Assembly: GCA_050486505.1 (NCBI GenBank)
Contig: JBJHDK010000003.1
Span: 3,242 to 67,241 of the forward strand
Source of the DNA: Fibrobacteria bacterium
GTDB lineage: Bacteria > Fibrobacterota > Fibrobacteria > UBA11236
Length of the DNA: 64,000 nucleotides
Direction of reading: 5' to 3'
Shown here: in pieces, positions 11,171 to 21,502 of the stretch
Numbering within the stretch: the stretch's first letter is position 1
Layout: the number at the start of each line of letters is the position of its first letter
Position numbers and translations under genes: made by a program
The notes under the pieces: model-generated
Told to the model about the DNA's origin: nothing
What the model saw: the letters and a program-made list of their open reading frames with translations, nothing else
Database searches by the model: none

Positions 11171-12018
11171 ATTCGATCTTGCTTGTGCAGTGCGGGGATC
11201 GTGCCGGCATCGTGGCCGGGTTGTCCGGATGGGTTCACGAGAACGGTGGCAATATTCTCGACGCGGACCAGCACACCGACCCCGACACGGGACAGTTCTT
11301 CATGCGCATCGAGTTCGACCGCGGCCGCTTTCGGCTTGATGCAGGGCAAACGCGCGTCTCCCTGCAGGGGCTCGGCGCCCGTCTTGGGATGTCCTGGTTG
11401 TTGCATGATGCCGGAGCCCTGCCGCGCGTGGCGGTGTTCGCGAGCAAGACTCCGCATTGCCTTTATGACCTCCTGCTCAACCGGCAGCTGGATGAGCTTC
11501 CCGGCGAGATCGCGATGGTGATTTCGAACCATCCGGATGTCGGCGAAGTCGCCCGCCACTTCTCGGTTCCGTTTCACCACATTCCCGTGGAGGAACAGGG
11601 AAAGATGGAGGCCGAGAAGCGGCAGCGGCAACTATTGCGCAACGAGGGCGTGGATCTTGTCGTGCTGGCTCGCTACATGCAGGTGTTGTCGCCCGAATTC
11701 GCCGCGGAATGGGAGGGGCGGGCGATCAATATCCACCACTCGTTTCTCCCGGCCTTCGCGGGGGCGCGCCCCTACCATCAGGCGAAGGAACGCGGGGTGA
11801 AGCTCATCGGTGCGACGGCGCACTATGTGACGTCCGATCTAGACGAGGGGCCGATCATCGCGCAGGCGACGACGGCGGTGACGCACCGCGACGCGGTGTC
11901 GGACATGGTGCGGAAAGGCCGCGATCTCGAACGGAGCGTCCTCACCCGCGCGGTGCGGTTGCACCTGCAGCACCGCGTGCTGACGTCGGGACGGCGGACG
12001 GTTGTGTTTGGGGAGTAG
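11167..12018 (+). CDS. purU: Formyltetrahydrofolate deformylase
   Basis: N-terminal ACT domain; VVLARYMQVLS, INIHHSFLPAF, GVKLIGATAHYVT, LDEGPII; GTGA overlap. Confidence 0.95.
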   Translation: MNSILLVQCGDRAGIVAGLSGWVHENGGNILDADQHTDPDTGQFFMRIEFDRGRFRLDAGQTRVSLQGLGARLGMSWLLHDAGALPRVAVFASKTPHCLYDLLLNRQLDELPGEIAMVISNHPDVGEVARHFSVPFHHIPVEEQGKMEAEKRQRQLLRNEGVDLVVLARYMQVLSPEFAAEWEGRAINIHHSFLPAFAGARPYHQAKERGVKLIGATAHYVTSDLDEGPIIAQATTAVTHRDAVSDMVRKGRDLERSVLTRAVRLHLQHRVLTSGRRTVVFGE

Positions 12019-12030
12019 TTGAGTGACGAG

Positions 12031-12924
12031 TTACGAGTGAAGATGCGTTTCGGGATTTCGTGCAACTTCTCCCCGCTTCTCCATCCTCGGCACCGCATCG
12101 AGAAGCGTCCGCGTATACGGATGCTGCGGGTTCGCGAAAAGCTCCGCCGTCGGGCCTTCCTCGACCACCTTCCCCGCGTTCATCACCAACACCCGGTCCG
12201 CGATCGCGCGCACAAGGGACAGGTCGTGCGTGATGAACAACAGCGCCAGGCCCTCCTCGCGCTTCAGGTCGAGCAACAGGTTCACGATCTGCGCCTGCAC
12301 CGACACGTCGAGTGCCGAGACCACCTCGTCGCACACGATCAGCTTCGGCTTGAGCCCCAGCGCGCGGGCGATGCACAGGCGTTGGCGCTGACCTCCCGAG
12401 AACGCGTGCGGGAAGCGCCCCAGTGCATCCTCGGGGAGCCCGACGCGATGCAGCAGTTCCGCCGCGGCGGCCTTCAACCCGGATGCGGGAACCATCTTGT
12501 GGGTGCGCAGCGGCTCCGCGAGCAACTCGAAGACAGTCAACCGTGGGTTGAGCGCCGTGTAGGGATCCTGAAAGATGATCTGGAAGTCGCGGCGGTGCGG
12601 CTTCCACGCGGAGGGATTCGTCGTGTCGATGCGCTTCCCCGAAAGGGTGATGTCTCCGGAGGTGGGCTGGGTCAGTCCCAACAGGGAGAACCCCAAGGTG
12701 CTCTTGCCGCAACCTGATTCCCCCACCAATGCCACGATCTCTCCCGGAAAGATTTCCAGTGACACGCCGTCGACCGCGCGCACGTGATCGACGGTGCGCT
12801 GCAGCAACCCGCCCGTGATCGGGAACCAGGTACGGAGGTTCCGTGCGGACAGCAGAGATCGGGGCGAATGGGTCTTGTTTCCCTCCAAGCTCTTGCCTCC
12901 TGTCTCATTGCCGATGTCAGCCAC
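12031..12924 (-). CDS. Oligopeptide/dipeptide ABC transporter ATP-binding protein (OppF/DppF-like)
   Basis: GESGCGKS, FSGGQRQR, CDEVVSALD, HPYT; GTG 12924 overlaps the upstream stop. Confidence 0.9.
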   Translation of the reverse strand: MADIGNETGGKSLEGNKTHSPRSLLSARNLRTWFPITGGLLQRTVDHVRAVDGVSLEIFPGEIVALVGESGCGKSTLGFSLLGLTQPTSGDITLSGKRIDTTNPSAWKPHRRDFQIIFQDPYTALNPRLTVFELLAEPLRTHKMVPASGLKAAAAELLHRVGLPEDALGRFPHAFSGGQRQRLCIARALGLKPKLIVCDEVVSALDVSVQAQIVNLLLDLKREEGLALLFITHDLSLVRAIADRVLVMNAGKVVEEGPTAELFANPQHPYTRTLLDAVPRMEKRGEVARNPETHLHS

Positions 12925-13900
12925 TCGTTCCCCCCTGATACAAATGGCACGCCACATGATGCCCGGTGTGCGCCTCCGTCCATGCAGGGTCGGTCGTGCA
13001 AGGGTCGAAGACGCGCGGGCAGCGGTCGTGGAAGCGACACCCCGCGGGATAGCGCCCCGGCGGGGGGACGGATCCGGGAATGGGGCGGGGGATGGCGCCG
13101 GTTTCGAGGTTGGGCAGCGCGTCGAGCAGGCCGCGCGCGTACGGATGCAGCGGATCCCGCAACAGGTCGAGCGCGGGCCCCGATTCGACGACGCGGCCGG
13201 CGTACATCACCGCCGCACGATCTGCGTACTGGGCGACGAGGTTGAGGTTGTGCGTGATCAGCACGATGCCGGTGCCGGTCTCGCGGCGGAGTTCCGCCAG
13301 CAGGTCGAGGATTTGCGCCTGAATGGTCACGTCGAGCGCGGTGGTCGGCTCGTCGGCGAGGATGAGCTTCGGCTTGAGCAACAGGGCGTGCGCGATGAGC
13401 ACACGCTGCAGCATGCCGCCCGAGAGCTCGTGGGGGTAGGAGCGCAGCACGCGGTCGGGGTCGCGGAAGCCCACGCGGTCGAGCAGCTCGCGGATGCGCG
13501 TCGCGGGGTCTCCCGCGTGTTTATGGTGCCGGAAGGGGAAGCGCAGCTGCGTGCGAATGGTCTGCAGGGGGTTCATCGCGGCCGACGGCTCCTGGAAGAT
13601 CATGGCGATGTCGGCTCCGCGTGTCGCGCGCATCTCGTCGGGCGGGAGCCGCAGCAGGTCGCGCCCGCGATAGAGCGCGCGGCCCGAGAGCACGACCGTG
13701 GAGTTCGCGGGCAGAAGCCGCAGCAGGCCGAGGCAGGTGACGGTTTTGCCGCATCCCGACTCGCCGACGAGCCCGAAGATCTCGCCTTCCCTGACGTCGA
13801 AGGACACGCCGTCGGTCACGGGTGTCACGCGCCCTTCGTCCCGGAAACCGAGCGAGAGGTTCTCAACACGCAGCAGGGGTTCGTTCGACGCGGCGGGCAT
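12917..13900 (-). CDS. Oligopeptide/dipeptide ABC transporter ATP-binding protein (OppD/DppD-like)
   Basis: GESGCGKT, LSGGMLQR, ADEPTTALDVT, C-terminal GCRFHDRCP...C...VACH. Confidence 0.93.
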   Translation of the reverse strand: MPAASNEPLLRVENLSLGFRDEGRVTPVTDGVSFDVREGEIFGLVGESGCGKTVTCLGLLRLLPANSTVVLSGRALYRGRDLLRLPPDEMRATRGADIAMIFQEPSAAMNPLQTIRTQLRFPFRHHKHAGDPATRIRELLDRVGFRDPDRVLRSYPHELSGGMLQRVLIAHALLLKPKLILADEPTTALDVTIQAQILDLLAELRRETGTGIVLITHNLNLVAQYADRAAVMYAGRVVESGPALDLLRDPLHPYARGLLDALPNLETGAIPRPIPGSVPPPGRYPAGCRFHDRCPRVFDPCTTDPAWTEAHTGHHVACHLYQGGTSG

Positions 13901-13916
13901 TGTGACCTCGAAGGTA

Positions 13917-13944
13917 GTAAGGGCGACCTGCAGGTCGCCCGTAC
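13917..13944 (+). repeat. REP-like palindrome, copy 2
   Basis: GTAAGGGCGACCTGCAGGTCGCCCGTAC with a perfect 20-bp palindromic core. Confidence 0.75.
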
Positions 13945-13961
13945 AGGGCTACCTTTACATC

Positions 13962-14804
13962 ATGCCCGCCGCGCCGGTGAACATCTTCCTCGAAACCGCG
14001 ATCGACGCCGTGCGTGCCGCGGGTGCGGTGGCGCTGCGTCGCCGGGCCGCGTTGGGTCCCGCACGCTTCAAGGGCGAAAAGGACCTCGTCACCGACGCCG
14101 ACATCGAATGCGACGGGCTCATCCGCGCGAAGATCCTCGAGCGCTTCCCCGGCCACGACCTGCTCACCGAAGAAGAAGGCGCGCTCGACCAAGGCAGCGC
14201 CTGGCGCTGGCTCGTCGACCCGATCGACGGTACCATCAACTATTCCCGGGGAATCCCGCTGTGGGGAGTTTCCGTCGGTCTTGCGCACGAGGGGCGCATG
14301 CTGTGCGGCGCGATATACCTCCCCGTGTTCGACGAACTCTTCACCGCCGTCGCGGGCGGCGGAGCCACCCTGAACGGAGAGCCGATCCGGGTGGCCCCCC
14401 GGTCCGACCTCTCCACCGCCATCGTGTCGCACGGTGATTTCAACGTCGGCGCCGACGACAACGCGCGCCGCGACCTCAACGCCGCCAACTTCTGGGGCCG
14501 CATGCGCACCGTCTCCGGCGTGCAGCGCGTGAAGTGCCTCGGTTCCGCAGTGGTCGAGGGCGCTTACGTCGCCTGCGGCCGCATGGACGGCTATTGGATG
14601 GGGTATCTCAAGCCCTGGGACGTCGCCGTCACCAGCCTGCTCGTCACCGAGGCGGGCGGCCGTGTCACCGACCTTGCCGGCAAGCCGTGGACGCTCGAGT
14701 CGCGCACGATCTTGTTCTCCAACGGAACGCTGCACGACGCCTTGCTCGAAGCGCTGTCGTGGGATCGCAGGAAGTTTCCGGAAACATCGGAAGGGAAGGC
14801 ATGA
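13962..14804 (+). CDS. suhB: Inositol monophosphatase family protein (SuhB-like)
   Basis: DLVTDAD, TEE, WLVDPIDGTINY, KPWDVA motifs. Confidence 0.88.
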   Translation: MPAAPVNIFLETAIDAVRAAGAVALRRRAALGPARFKGEKDLVTDADIECDGLIRAKILERFPGHDLLTEEEGALDQGSAWRWLVDPIDGTINYSRGIPLWGVSVGLAHEGRMLCGAIYLPVFDELFTAVAGGGATLNGEPIRVAPRSDLSTAIVSHGDFNVGADDNARRDLNAANFWGRMRTVSGVQRVKCLGSAVVEGAYVACGRMDGYWMGYLKPWDVAVTSLLVTEAGGRVTDLAGKPWTLESRTILFSNGTLHDALLEALSWDRRKFPETSEGKA

Positions 14805-15787
14805 TGGGGGCCACCTCCGCAGACGCGGCGTCGTTCGGGTACGTCGACATCTCGCCCGCCCTGCGCGAGGTGCTCGCGCGCGGCGGCACGCGGGACGCCC
14901 CGCTTTCCCTCGCGGGGTCGGCCGGGTCGGGCAGGGCGTACTACCGCGTGCACGGCACGGGCCTCGTGCTGCTGGTCTCCCCGGACGAGGACGCCGACTT
15001 CGGCCGCTTTCTGCGCATCACCCAGTTCTACCGCATGCTGCGCGTGCCCGTGCCGCGTGTCCACGCCGTGGACGACGCCGCGCGCCAGGTGTTGCTCGAG
15101 GACCTGGGAGAACGCCGGCTCTATGACGTCCTCAAGTCCGACCGGGCCGCGGGCCTCGGGGCCTACCAAAAGGCGCTCGCGATCCTGGCCGACTTGCAGG
15201 GGCGCTGCGACCCCTTCCGCGACGAATGTCCCGACATCAAGTCGCGCGTATTCGACACGTCGCAGTTGCTGTGGGAAACAGGGTATTATCGCGCCCACTA
15301 TCTTGAAGCTTACCGCGGCTTGCGTCCCGCGCCCGCGATGCAGGAGGCCTTCGACCGGCTCGCGGCCCGCGTCGATACGCACCCCAAGGTCATCATGCAC
15401 CGCGACTTCCAGTCGCAAAACCTGATGGTGAAGCCCGATGAATCGGTGCACGTCATCGATTATCAGGGAAGCCGGCTCGGTTCGATGTTCTACGACGCGG
15501 CCTCGCTGTTGCTCGATCCCTACGTGATGCTTGCGGATGATGAAATCGAGGGACTTCTGCGCGGCTTTCACGCCGCACGCGGCGGGGGCACGGGGTTTTC
15601 GGCGTTCCGCACCGCCTTCCTCGAAGCGGGCCTGCAGCGTGTCATGCAGGCGCTCGGCGCGTATTGTTTCCTGTCGCGGGTCAAGGGGCTCGCGGCCTTC
15701 GCGGACCACATCCCGGCAGGGGAGGAAAGGCTGCGGTGGCTTGTCCGGGAAACAGGCGGTGACTGGAAGGCCTTGCTGCCGGATTAA
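14801..15787 (+). CDS. Aminoglycoside phosphotransferase-family kinase (AmgK-like)
   Basis: GSAGSGRAYYRV, LLEDLG, HRDFQSQNLM, VIDYQG, YDAASLLLDPY, QRVMQALGAY; ATGA overlap with suhB. Confidence 0.85.
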   Translation: MMGATSADAASFGYVDISPALREVLARGGTRDAPLSLAGSAGSGRAYYRVHGTGLVLLVSPDEDADFGRFLRITQFYRMLRVPVPRVHAVDDAARQVLLEDLGERRLYDVLKSDRAAGLGAYQKALAILADLQGRCDPFRDECPDIKSRVFDTSQLLWETGYYRAHYLEAYRGLRPAPAMQEAFDRLAARVDTHPKVIMHRDFQSQNLMVKPDESVHVIDYQGSRLGSMFYDAASLLLDPYVMLADDEIEGLLRGFHAARGGGTGFSAFRTAFLEAGLQRVMQALGAYCFLSRVKGLAAFADHIPAGEERLRWLVRETGGDWKALLPD

Positions 15788-15792
15788 GCCAA

Positions 15793-15943
15793 TGACGAGT
15801 TACGAAATACGAATTACGAATTACGAGTTACGAATGACACGAAGGGCGTTCGAATCTTGGAACCGATGTTCCTGTCCGCCTTATGTCCTGGCGTTTTGAT
15901 TCGTTCCTTGTTTTCCGTAATTCGTAACTCGTAATTCGTAATT
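15793..15943. repeat. Inverted pair of heptamer (TTACGAA/G) tandem arrays
   Basis: AATTACGAATTACGAGTTACGAA (15812-15834) is the reverse complement of 15921-15943. Confidence 0.85.
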
Positions 15944-15974
15944 TTCGCCCCACTCACTTTTCCCCGGATTCCCC

Positions 15975-16433
15975 ATGCCGAACCAAGACAAACTCGACCG
16001 CCTTTTTGCACTTCAGTCCGAACTCAATGACCGCATCTTCGCCAAGAAGGACATCCGCGATGCGGAGGGCAAGGTGCTGACCATGGAAACCCTGATCGCC
16101 GAGGCGCGCGCGGGGAGTCCCCTCGGCCCGAACACCAAGGTGAACGAATGGCTGGGGAAATACCTGACGGCCCTCGATGACGAGTCGCGCGAGTTGCGCG
16201 AAGAGCTGCTGTGGAAGTGGTGGTCGAAGGATCACCTCGACATGCAGAACATCCGGGTCGAGATCATCGACCAGTTGCATTTCTGGATGTCGATGGCCCT
16301 CACCGCCGGGCTCGGGCCCGACGAGGTGTTCGACATCTACATGCAGAAGAACGCCGTCAATCACGCGCGCCAGGAGAACGACTACGCGCGCGGGAACAAG
16401 ACCGAGGGCGACAACAAGACGATCCGGACGTGA
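15975..16433 (+). CDS. Dimeric (all-alpha) dUTPase-family protein
   Basis: DESREL...WKWWSK, VEIIDQLHF, YMQKNAVNHARQENDY motifs. Confidence 0.85.
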   Translation: MPNQDKLDRLFALQSELNDRIFAKKDIRDAEGKVLTMETLIAEARAGSPLGPNTKVNEWLGKYLTALDDESRELREELLWKWWSKDHLDMQNIRVEIIDQLHFWMSMALTAGLGPDEVFDIYMQKNAVNHARQENDYARGNKTEGDNKTIRT

Positions 16434-16463
16434 CGCTTCGCGTCCGTCGGCATCAAGGCGCCG

Positions 16464-17501
16464 CTACTCCAGGCAACCCTGTCCGCGCCGGATGTCGTTT
16501 ACCCGGATTTCCCCGTCCTTGAAGCGGGCACGCATGCGCGTCTCCGAAGCTCCATCGTGGATGCATGCCGCAGGCAGCGCGACCGGACGGTAGAGGGGGG
16601 TCTCGTTGGGAAAGACTTCGTCGTCGGGGCGCACGTATTCGCCCAGCAGGATTTTGGGAGCGTCATTGACCCCCACCATTTCGACACGGATGAGCATCCC
16701 GGGAAGATCAGGGCAGACGTTGCTCACGATTTGCGCGAGACTGTATTCATCCTCCACGTGACCGTTGACCTCGAAGGCGAAGGCGGTGCTCGTGAGACTG
16801 TCCAGAAGGCATGTGGCCCATGTGGAATCGGCATCGCCCAAGAGGCCGATGCGTCCTTCTTCCAGCAGGGCGGAGTCTTCCCCGGAGACTTGCACGAAGC
16901 GAAGGCCGCGGGGGTGTGCGCGAAAGCGGATTTCCGGCTCCAGGTGGGCGGCTTCCGGAGGCATCAGACCAAGATCGTACGTTCCGTCGGGAAGGATGGG
17001 AGCGAACCTGCTCGTGCCCCGGAGGAAGACGGTGCCCTCGTCGGGCAGGTATCCCGATTTAAGGCGGACCGATCCATTGAAAGACTCCGGCGCGCGCGCC
17101 AGAAAACGGGCCGTGTCGCGCTCAGTCGCCTTGAAGGCACGGACCGTGTCGAGAATGACCATGATGCCGAGCAGCCTTCCTTCGGCCATGTAAACTCCCG
17201 GTTGCCGGACAGTGAAGGACGTAAAGCCATGGGCGTCGGTTCGTGGGGCGGTGACAGCGGGCGAGGCTCCGGAGTCGGGGCGCGATTGCGCGTGGCGCAG
17301 CTCGAGTTCGACTCCCGCCACGGGGACTCCGGAGCTGTCCACCACGCGGGCACGCATGTGGACGGGTTGGAGCCCGTTTTCGGTGTCGGTTCCCGTCCCC
17401 CCCATGCATGCTGAAAAACCGGACAACACGAGGAGAAACCCGGCAGCGAGTCGGACCAGTCCCCTGACAGGGAGATGCCGGCGGAGGATACCCCCGCTCA
17501 T
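16464..17501 (-). CDS. Lipoprotein with beta-sandwich (carboxypeptidase-regulatory-like) domains, partner of TIGR02147 gene 1
   Basis: Lipobox FSAC, then GGTGTDTEN and RVVDSSGVPVAGVELEL; ATGA overlap with the upstream gene. Confidence 0.8.
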   Translation of the reverse strand: MSGGILRRHLPVRGLVRLAAGFLLVLSGFSACMGGTGTDTENGLQPVHMRARVVDSSGVPVAGVELELRHAQSRPDSGASPAVTAPRTDAHGFTSFTVRQPGVYMAEGRLLGIMVILDTVRAFKATERDTARFLARAPESFNGSVRLKSGYLPDEGTVFLRGTSRFAPILPDGTYDLGLMPPEAAHLEPEIRFRAHPRGLRFVQVSGEDSALLEEGRIGLLGDADSTWATCLLDSLTSTAFAFEVNGHVEDEYSLAQIVSNVCPDLPGMLIRVEMVGVNDAPKILLGEYVRPDDEVFPNETPLYRPVALPAACIHDGASETRMRARFKDGEIRVNDIRRGQGCLE

Positions 17502-18358
17502 TGCCGTTTCCTCCTTCCGCGTTTGCGCGGGCCTGTCGTCAAGGGAAAAAGCTGCATGTTCAAGTGGTAGACGCGCTCGGGCGATGGATCCGCCTTGACA
17601 TGCTCGAGGATTTCACGACGCAGGGCGCGCACTTTTTCCACGATGACGGAGTACACCTCCGGCGAAATGCTGACGGTCGTTCCGCTGAAGTAACGCTCAT
17701 GCTTGCGGAACCGGTCGAGAGCCTCCACGGCGAGCTTCGCCATGGACTGATGGAAGCGGGGGAGCAGCAGCGACTCCATGCTAGGGTCGGTTTTGAGCAA
17801 CGCCGTCGCCGCGCGCAAACCGCCGTCGGCGTCGCGCGTGAGCAGGTCGAGGGCGTCGAGTAGTTCCACCGCTTTCTTGACACGCTTTGGCTGGATCGGG
17901 GGGACGAGCTGCTTCGCAAAATCCGAGGGGTTGTCACGGTAGGGGAGGAAGGCCAGCATTTCCCGGATCGCGACGTTGTACCAGTCCTGATAGTACTCGT
18001 ACTGGTGACGCTCCAGGGTCGCGACCGAAGGCGGACACTTGAGTTCCATGACGAGGGCGAACTGCTTGTCCTTCTCCGCAAGGGTCGCCGCCTGGTTGAA
18101 GCGCACGAGAGCCTCGAAAAAAGCCGATTCCGGCGGGGCGAGCTCGAGTGCCCGCAGAAACTTCGGAATGCTCCCGTCGGTCAGGTCGTTGTGGCCTTCC
18201 ATGACACGTTTGAGGTAGGTGGGGCCGGACATTCCCGCTTTTTTAAGGAAGGAGCGGTGCGAAAAGCCGCGTTTGTGGCTTTTTGACCACGCATAGAAAT
18301 CACGCAGAAAGGCGCGATAATCGGTATACTCAAAAACTGACGGCGCTGGAGGGTGCAT
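17498..18358 (-). CDS. TIGR02147-family protein (N-terminal HTH, DUF4423-like C-terminus)
   Basis: VFEYTDYRAFLRDFY, FSHRSF, FFEALVRFNQA, YYQDWYNVAIRE, VYHLNMQLFPL. Confidence 0.9.
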   Translation of the reverse strand: MHPPAPSVFEYTDYRAFLRDFYAWSKSHKRGFSHRSFLKKAGMSGPTYLKRVMEGHNDLTDGSIPKFLRALELAPPESAFFEALVRFNQAATLAEKDKQFALVMELKCPPSVATLERHQYEYYQDWYNVAIREMLAFLPYRDNPSDFAKQLVPPIQPKRVKKAVELLDALDLLTRDADGGLRAATALLKTDPSMESLLLPRFHQSMAKLAVEALDRFRKHERYFSGTTVSISPEVYSVIVEKVRALRREILEHVKADPSPERVYHLNMQLFPLTTGPRKRGRRKRQ

Positions 18359-18491
18359 GCGGGCCCGATCGGCTGAAAAACAAATTTACGCGGGAACATA
18401 GGGTTCTCGTGTAGTCTTAAAATACCCCCATGATCGTCTTCGCGCCCGCCGAAACACGACTGAATGCGGAAGTGGCTATCTTGCGCGTACC

Positions 18492-19970
18492 ATGCATTTT
18501 CGTGCTTTTTTGTTGTTTTTGCTCACCCTTCTTGCGACAGGTGCATTTGCCGCTCTCCCGGACGAAGAGGAAGGCGGTTCCGTTGCGCCGCGGGCGGTGG
18601 TGATTCCCGTCGAGCGGGAAGTGGATTACGGGCTTTACGCTTTTCTCAAACGCGCGGTTTCCGAGGCTCTGGAGATGGAGCCGGATTACATCGTCTTCAA
18701 GGTCAACACCTGGGGCGGTGAACTGAATTCGGCCTTCGAGATCACCGATCTGATCTTGTCGATCCGCCAGTGCAGCACCTACGTCTTCGTTGATCAGAAG
18801 GCGATTTCGGCGGGAGCTTTGATTTCACTGGCCTGCAACCGCATGGCCATGGGCGAGGGCACCACGATCGGGGATTGCGCGCCGATCATGCGTTCTTCCG
18901 AGGGGGGGATCGTCGTTCTCGGGGAAAAGATCCAGTCGCCGTTACGCGCGAAGTTCAGGAATCTCGCCGAGCGGAACGGCTATCCCAGTTTGCTGAGCGA
19001 GTCGATGGTGACGATGGACATCGGGGTGGTGGGGGCCTACTTCGCCGACACGACGAAGGCCCCGGATTATTTCACCGTCGCGGAGTGGAACGCCCTGTCC
19101 GATGAACGGAAAGCGAAGTATGCGAGCCACCGTACGATCGTGCGCGAGGGAGAGCTTCTCACCCTCACGGACCGGGAGGCGCTGGAGCACGGGTTTTCGC
19201 AGGGGTCCTTCGTTGATTTCGAGGCATTCCTCGAGCACAAGGGGTGGGACGTCGTCAAGACCTTCTCCCCGACATGGTCGGAGAGCATGGTCCGGGTGCT
19301 GGGCAAGTTTACGCCCATCCTGATGCTGCTGGGGTTTGGGGCGCTGTACATGGAATTCAAGTCGCCGGGGTTCGGGCTGTTCGGCACGTTGGGGATCCTC
19401 CTGCTCGGGGTGGCCTTCGGGGCAAAGTACGCCGTGGGGCTGGCCGCGCATACCGAACTCCTCCTGCTCATCGGGGGGTTCGTCCTCTTCGCCATCGAGA
19501 TTTTCGTCGTACCAGGCACGTTCATCGCCGGTGCGATCGGCATCATTCTCATCATTGTCGCGTTGACGTTGTCGATGCAGGGGTTTGTGATTCCGAACCC
19601 CGACCTGCCCTGGGAGTTCAACACGCTGGTGGACAACCTTGCCCTCACTTTCGGCATGGCGGCGCTGGCGCTTTTCCTTCCCCTGCTGGCGATCCGGTAC
19701 GCGCTTCCGAAGCTTCCGAAACGCGCCGCCGTTGTTGCGGACGTTACTTTGGGCGATGCCCGCAGCGCCGCGTTCGACACACCGCCGCTGGCCGTCGGCG
19801 CCGTCGGCGAGACGCGCACCGGCTTGCGCCCCGCGGGCAAGGCCGTGTTCGACGGCACCACATTCGAGGTGGTTTCGCGCGGCGAGTTCGTGGAGCCCGG
19901 AAAAACGGTCGAGGTGGTGCGTGTGCACGGACGGAACGTGGTCGTCCGTGCCCTGGAGAACAAGCCATGA
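18492..19970 (+). CDS. nfeD: Long NfeD protein (ClpP-class serine protease, membrane domain, OB fold)
   Basis: NTWGG, AISAGALI (Ser), EKI (Lys), LLTLT, TM helices, TGLRPAGKA C-terminal domain. Confidence 0.9.
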   Translation: MHFRAFLLFLLTLLATGAFAALPDEEEGGSVAPRAVVIPVEREVDYGLYAFLKRAVSEALEMEPDYIVFKVNTWGGELNSAFEITDLILSIRQCSTYVFVDQKAISAGALISLACNRMAMGEGTTIGDCAPIMRSSEGGIVVLGEKIQSPLRAKFRNLAERNGYPSLLSESMVTMDIGVVGAYFADTTKAPDYFTVAEWNALSDERKAKYASHRTIVREGELLTLTDREALEHGFSQGSFVDFEAFLEHKGWDVVKTFSPTWSESMVRVLGKFTPILMLLGFGALYMEFKSPGFGLFGTLGILLLGVAFGAKYAVGLAAHTELLLLIGGFVLFAIEIFVVPGTFIAGAIGIILIIVALTLSMQGFVIPNPDLPWEFNTLVDNLALTFGMAALALFLPLLAIRYALPKLPKRAAVVADVTLGDARSAAFDTPPLAVGAVGETRTGLRPAGKAVFDGTTFEVVSRGEFVEPGKTVEVVRVHGRNVVVRALENKP

Positions 19971-20440
19971 TGAGCTACGCGTGGCCGATCGTGCTGCAAC
20001 TGCTGGCCTTCGCCGTGGTGTTCGCGGAGGTCCTGATCCCCTCGTTCGGCCTGTTGGCGCTTATCGCGTTCGCCTTGGGGGCCTGGTCCTGGTACTACAT
20101 CGTGACGGAACTTCCCCAGGGTGCGATCATCGGGTTCGCCATCGCCGACATGATCCTGATCCCGGTCGTCATCCGCTACGGTTTCGCTTACCTCGGCAAG
20201 TCGCCGGTGTCCCATCAGGCGCGGCTCGAGATCGGCTCCGGACTGGAAGAAAAAAGCGTCGCCCTGTCGCGCCTTGTGGGATCCACCGGCGTGACGGAGA
20301 GTTTCCTTCGCCCTTCGGGCAAGGTCCGGATCGAAGGGGATCTTTACGAGGCGCAAACCACGGGAGATTTCGTGGAGAAAGGCGCCGAGGTGCGCGTCGT
20401 CGCCGTGCGCGGAAGCGGCTTCATCGTCGAGCGGGCTTGA
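19967..20440 (+). CDS. Short NfeD-family membrane protein
   Basis: [11 protein letters not shown] region, [19 protein letters not shown] fold; ATGA overlap. Confidence 0.85.
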   Translation: MMSYAWPIVLQLLAFAVVFAEVLIPSFGLLALIAFALGAWSWYYIVTELPQGAIIGFAIADMILIPVVIRYGFAYLGKSPVSHQARLEIGSGLEEKSVALSRLVGSTGVTESFLRPSGKVRIEGDLYEAQTTGDFVEKGAEVRVVAVRGSGFIVERA

Positions 20441-20468
20441 ACGGATTCATTCAAAGGAGAACAAACAC

Positions 20469-21467
20469 ATGGACATCAGTTTCATTCTAGTCATCGTCGC
20501 CATCCTCGTCATCGTGGTGATGGCGATCATTCTCTTGAACTTCTTCAGCCTGTGGTTCCAGGCGCTCATGTCGAAGGCCAATGTCTCGCTGGTCCAACTC
20601 ATCGGAATGCGCTTCCGGAAAGTGCCGGCCAAGAACGTGGTGGAAGCCAAGATCATGGGCCTCAAGGCAGGCCTTGAGCTCGGCACGGAGGAACTCGAGG
20701 CGCACTACATGGCCGGTGGTCACGTCATGCGCGTCGTGCAGGCCCTGATCGCCGCCGACAAGGCGAACATTCCCCTGAACTTCAAGCGTGCCGCAGCCAT
20801 CGACCTGGCGGGCCGCAATGTGCTCGAGGCCGTGCAGATGTCGGTGAATCCCAAGGTCATCGAGACCCCCGTGGTTGCGGCCATGGCGACCGACGGCATT
20901 CAGCTCAAGGCCGTCGCGCGCGTGACCGTGCGGGCGAACCTCGACAAGTTGGTCGGCGGTGCGGGTGAAGAGACGATTCTCGCGCGCGTCGGCGAGGGGA
21001 TCGTGTCGACCATCGGTTCAGCCAAAAACCACAAGTCGGTGCTGGAGAACCCCGACCAGATTTCGAAGACAGTACTCAGCAAGGGCCTTGATTCCGGGAC
21101 CGCCTACGACATCCTTTCGATCGACATCGCGGACGTGGACGTCGGCAAGAACATCGGAGCCGAGCTCGAGACCGATCGCGCCGAGGCCGACAAGAAGATC
21201 GCCCAGGCGAAGGCCGAGGAGCGTCGCGCGATGGCCATCGCCCACGAGCAGGAGATGATCGCGCGCGTCGCCGAGATGCGCGCCAAGGTCGTCGAGATGG
21301 AGGCGCTCGTCCCCCAAGCGATCGCCGATGCCTTCCGCAACGGGAAGCTCGGGGTCATGGACTACTACAACATGAAGAACGTCATCGCCGACACCACCAT
21401 GCGCGAGCAGATCGCCGGTGGAGAGGGTGGTTCTTCGGGCAAGGGCGGCGGCAACCCCAAGTCCTGA
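20469..21467 (+). CDS. floA: Flotillin-like protein FloA (UPF0365/YqfA)
   Basis: [65 protein letters not shown]. Confidence 0.95.
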   Translation: MDISFILVIVAILVIVVMAIILLNFFSLWFQALMSKANVSLVQLIGMRFRKVPAKNVVEAKIMGLKAGLELGTEELEAHYMAGGHVMRVVQALIAADKANIPLNFKRAAAIDLAGRNVLEAVQMSVNPKVIETPVVAAMATDGIQLKAVARVTVRANLDKLVGGAGEETILARVGEGIVSTIGSAKNHKSVLENPDQISKTVLSKGLDSGTAYDILSIDIADVDVGKNIGAELETDRAEADKKIAQAKAEERRAMAIAHEQEMIARVAEMRAKVVEMEALVPQAIADAFRNGKLGVMDYYNMKNVIADTTMREQIAGGEGGSSGKGGGNPKS

Positions 21468-21502
21468 CCGGACGACGGCAGACGCAAGGCACGGGAACAC
21501 GC

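Noticed and set aside
15793..15943. Periodic repeats here and at 56264 and 59652 as CRISPR arrays
   Set aside because: Units are 7-9 nt and adjacent, with no unique spacers and no cas genes.
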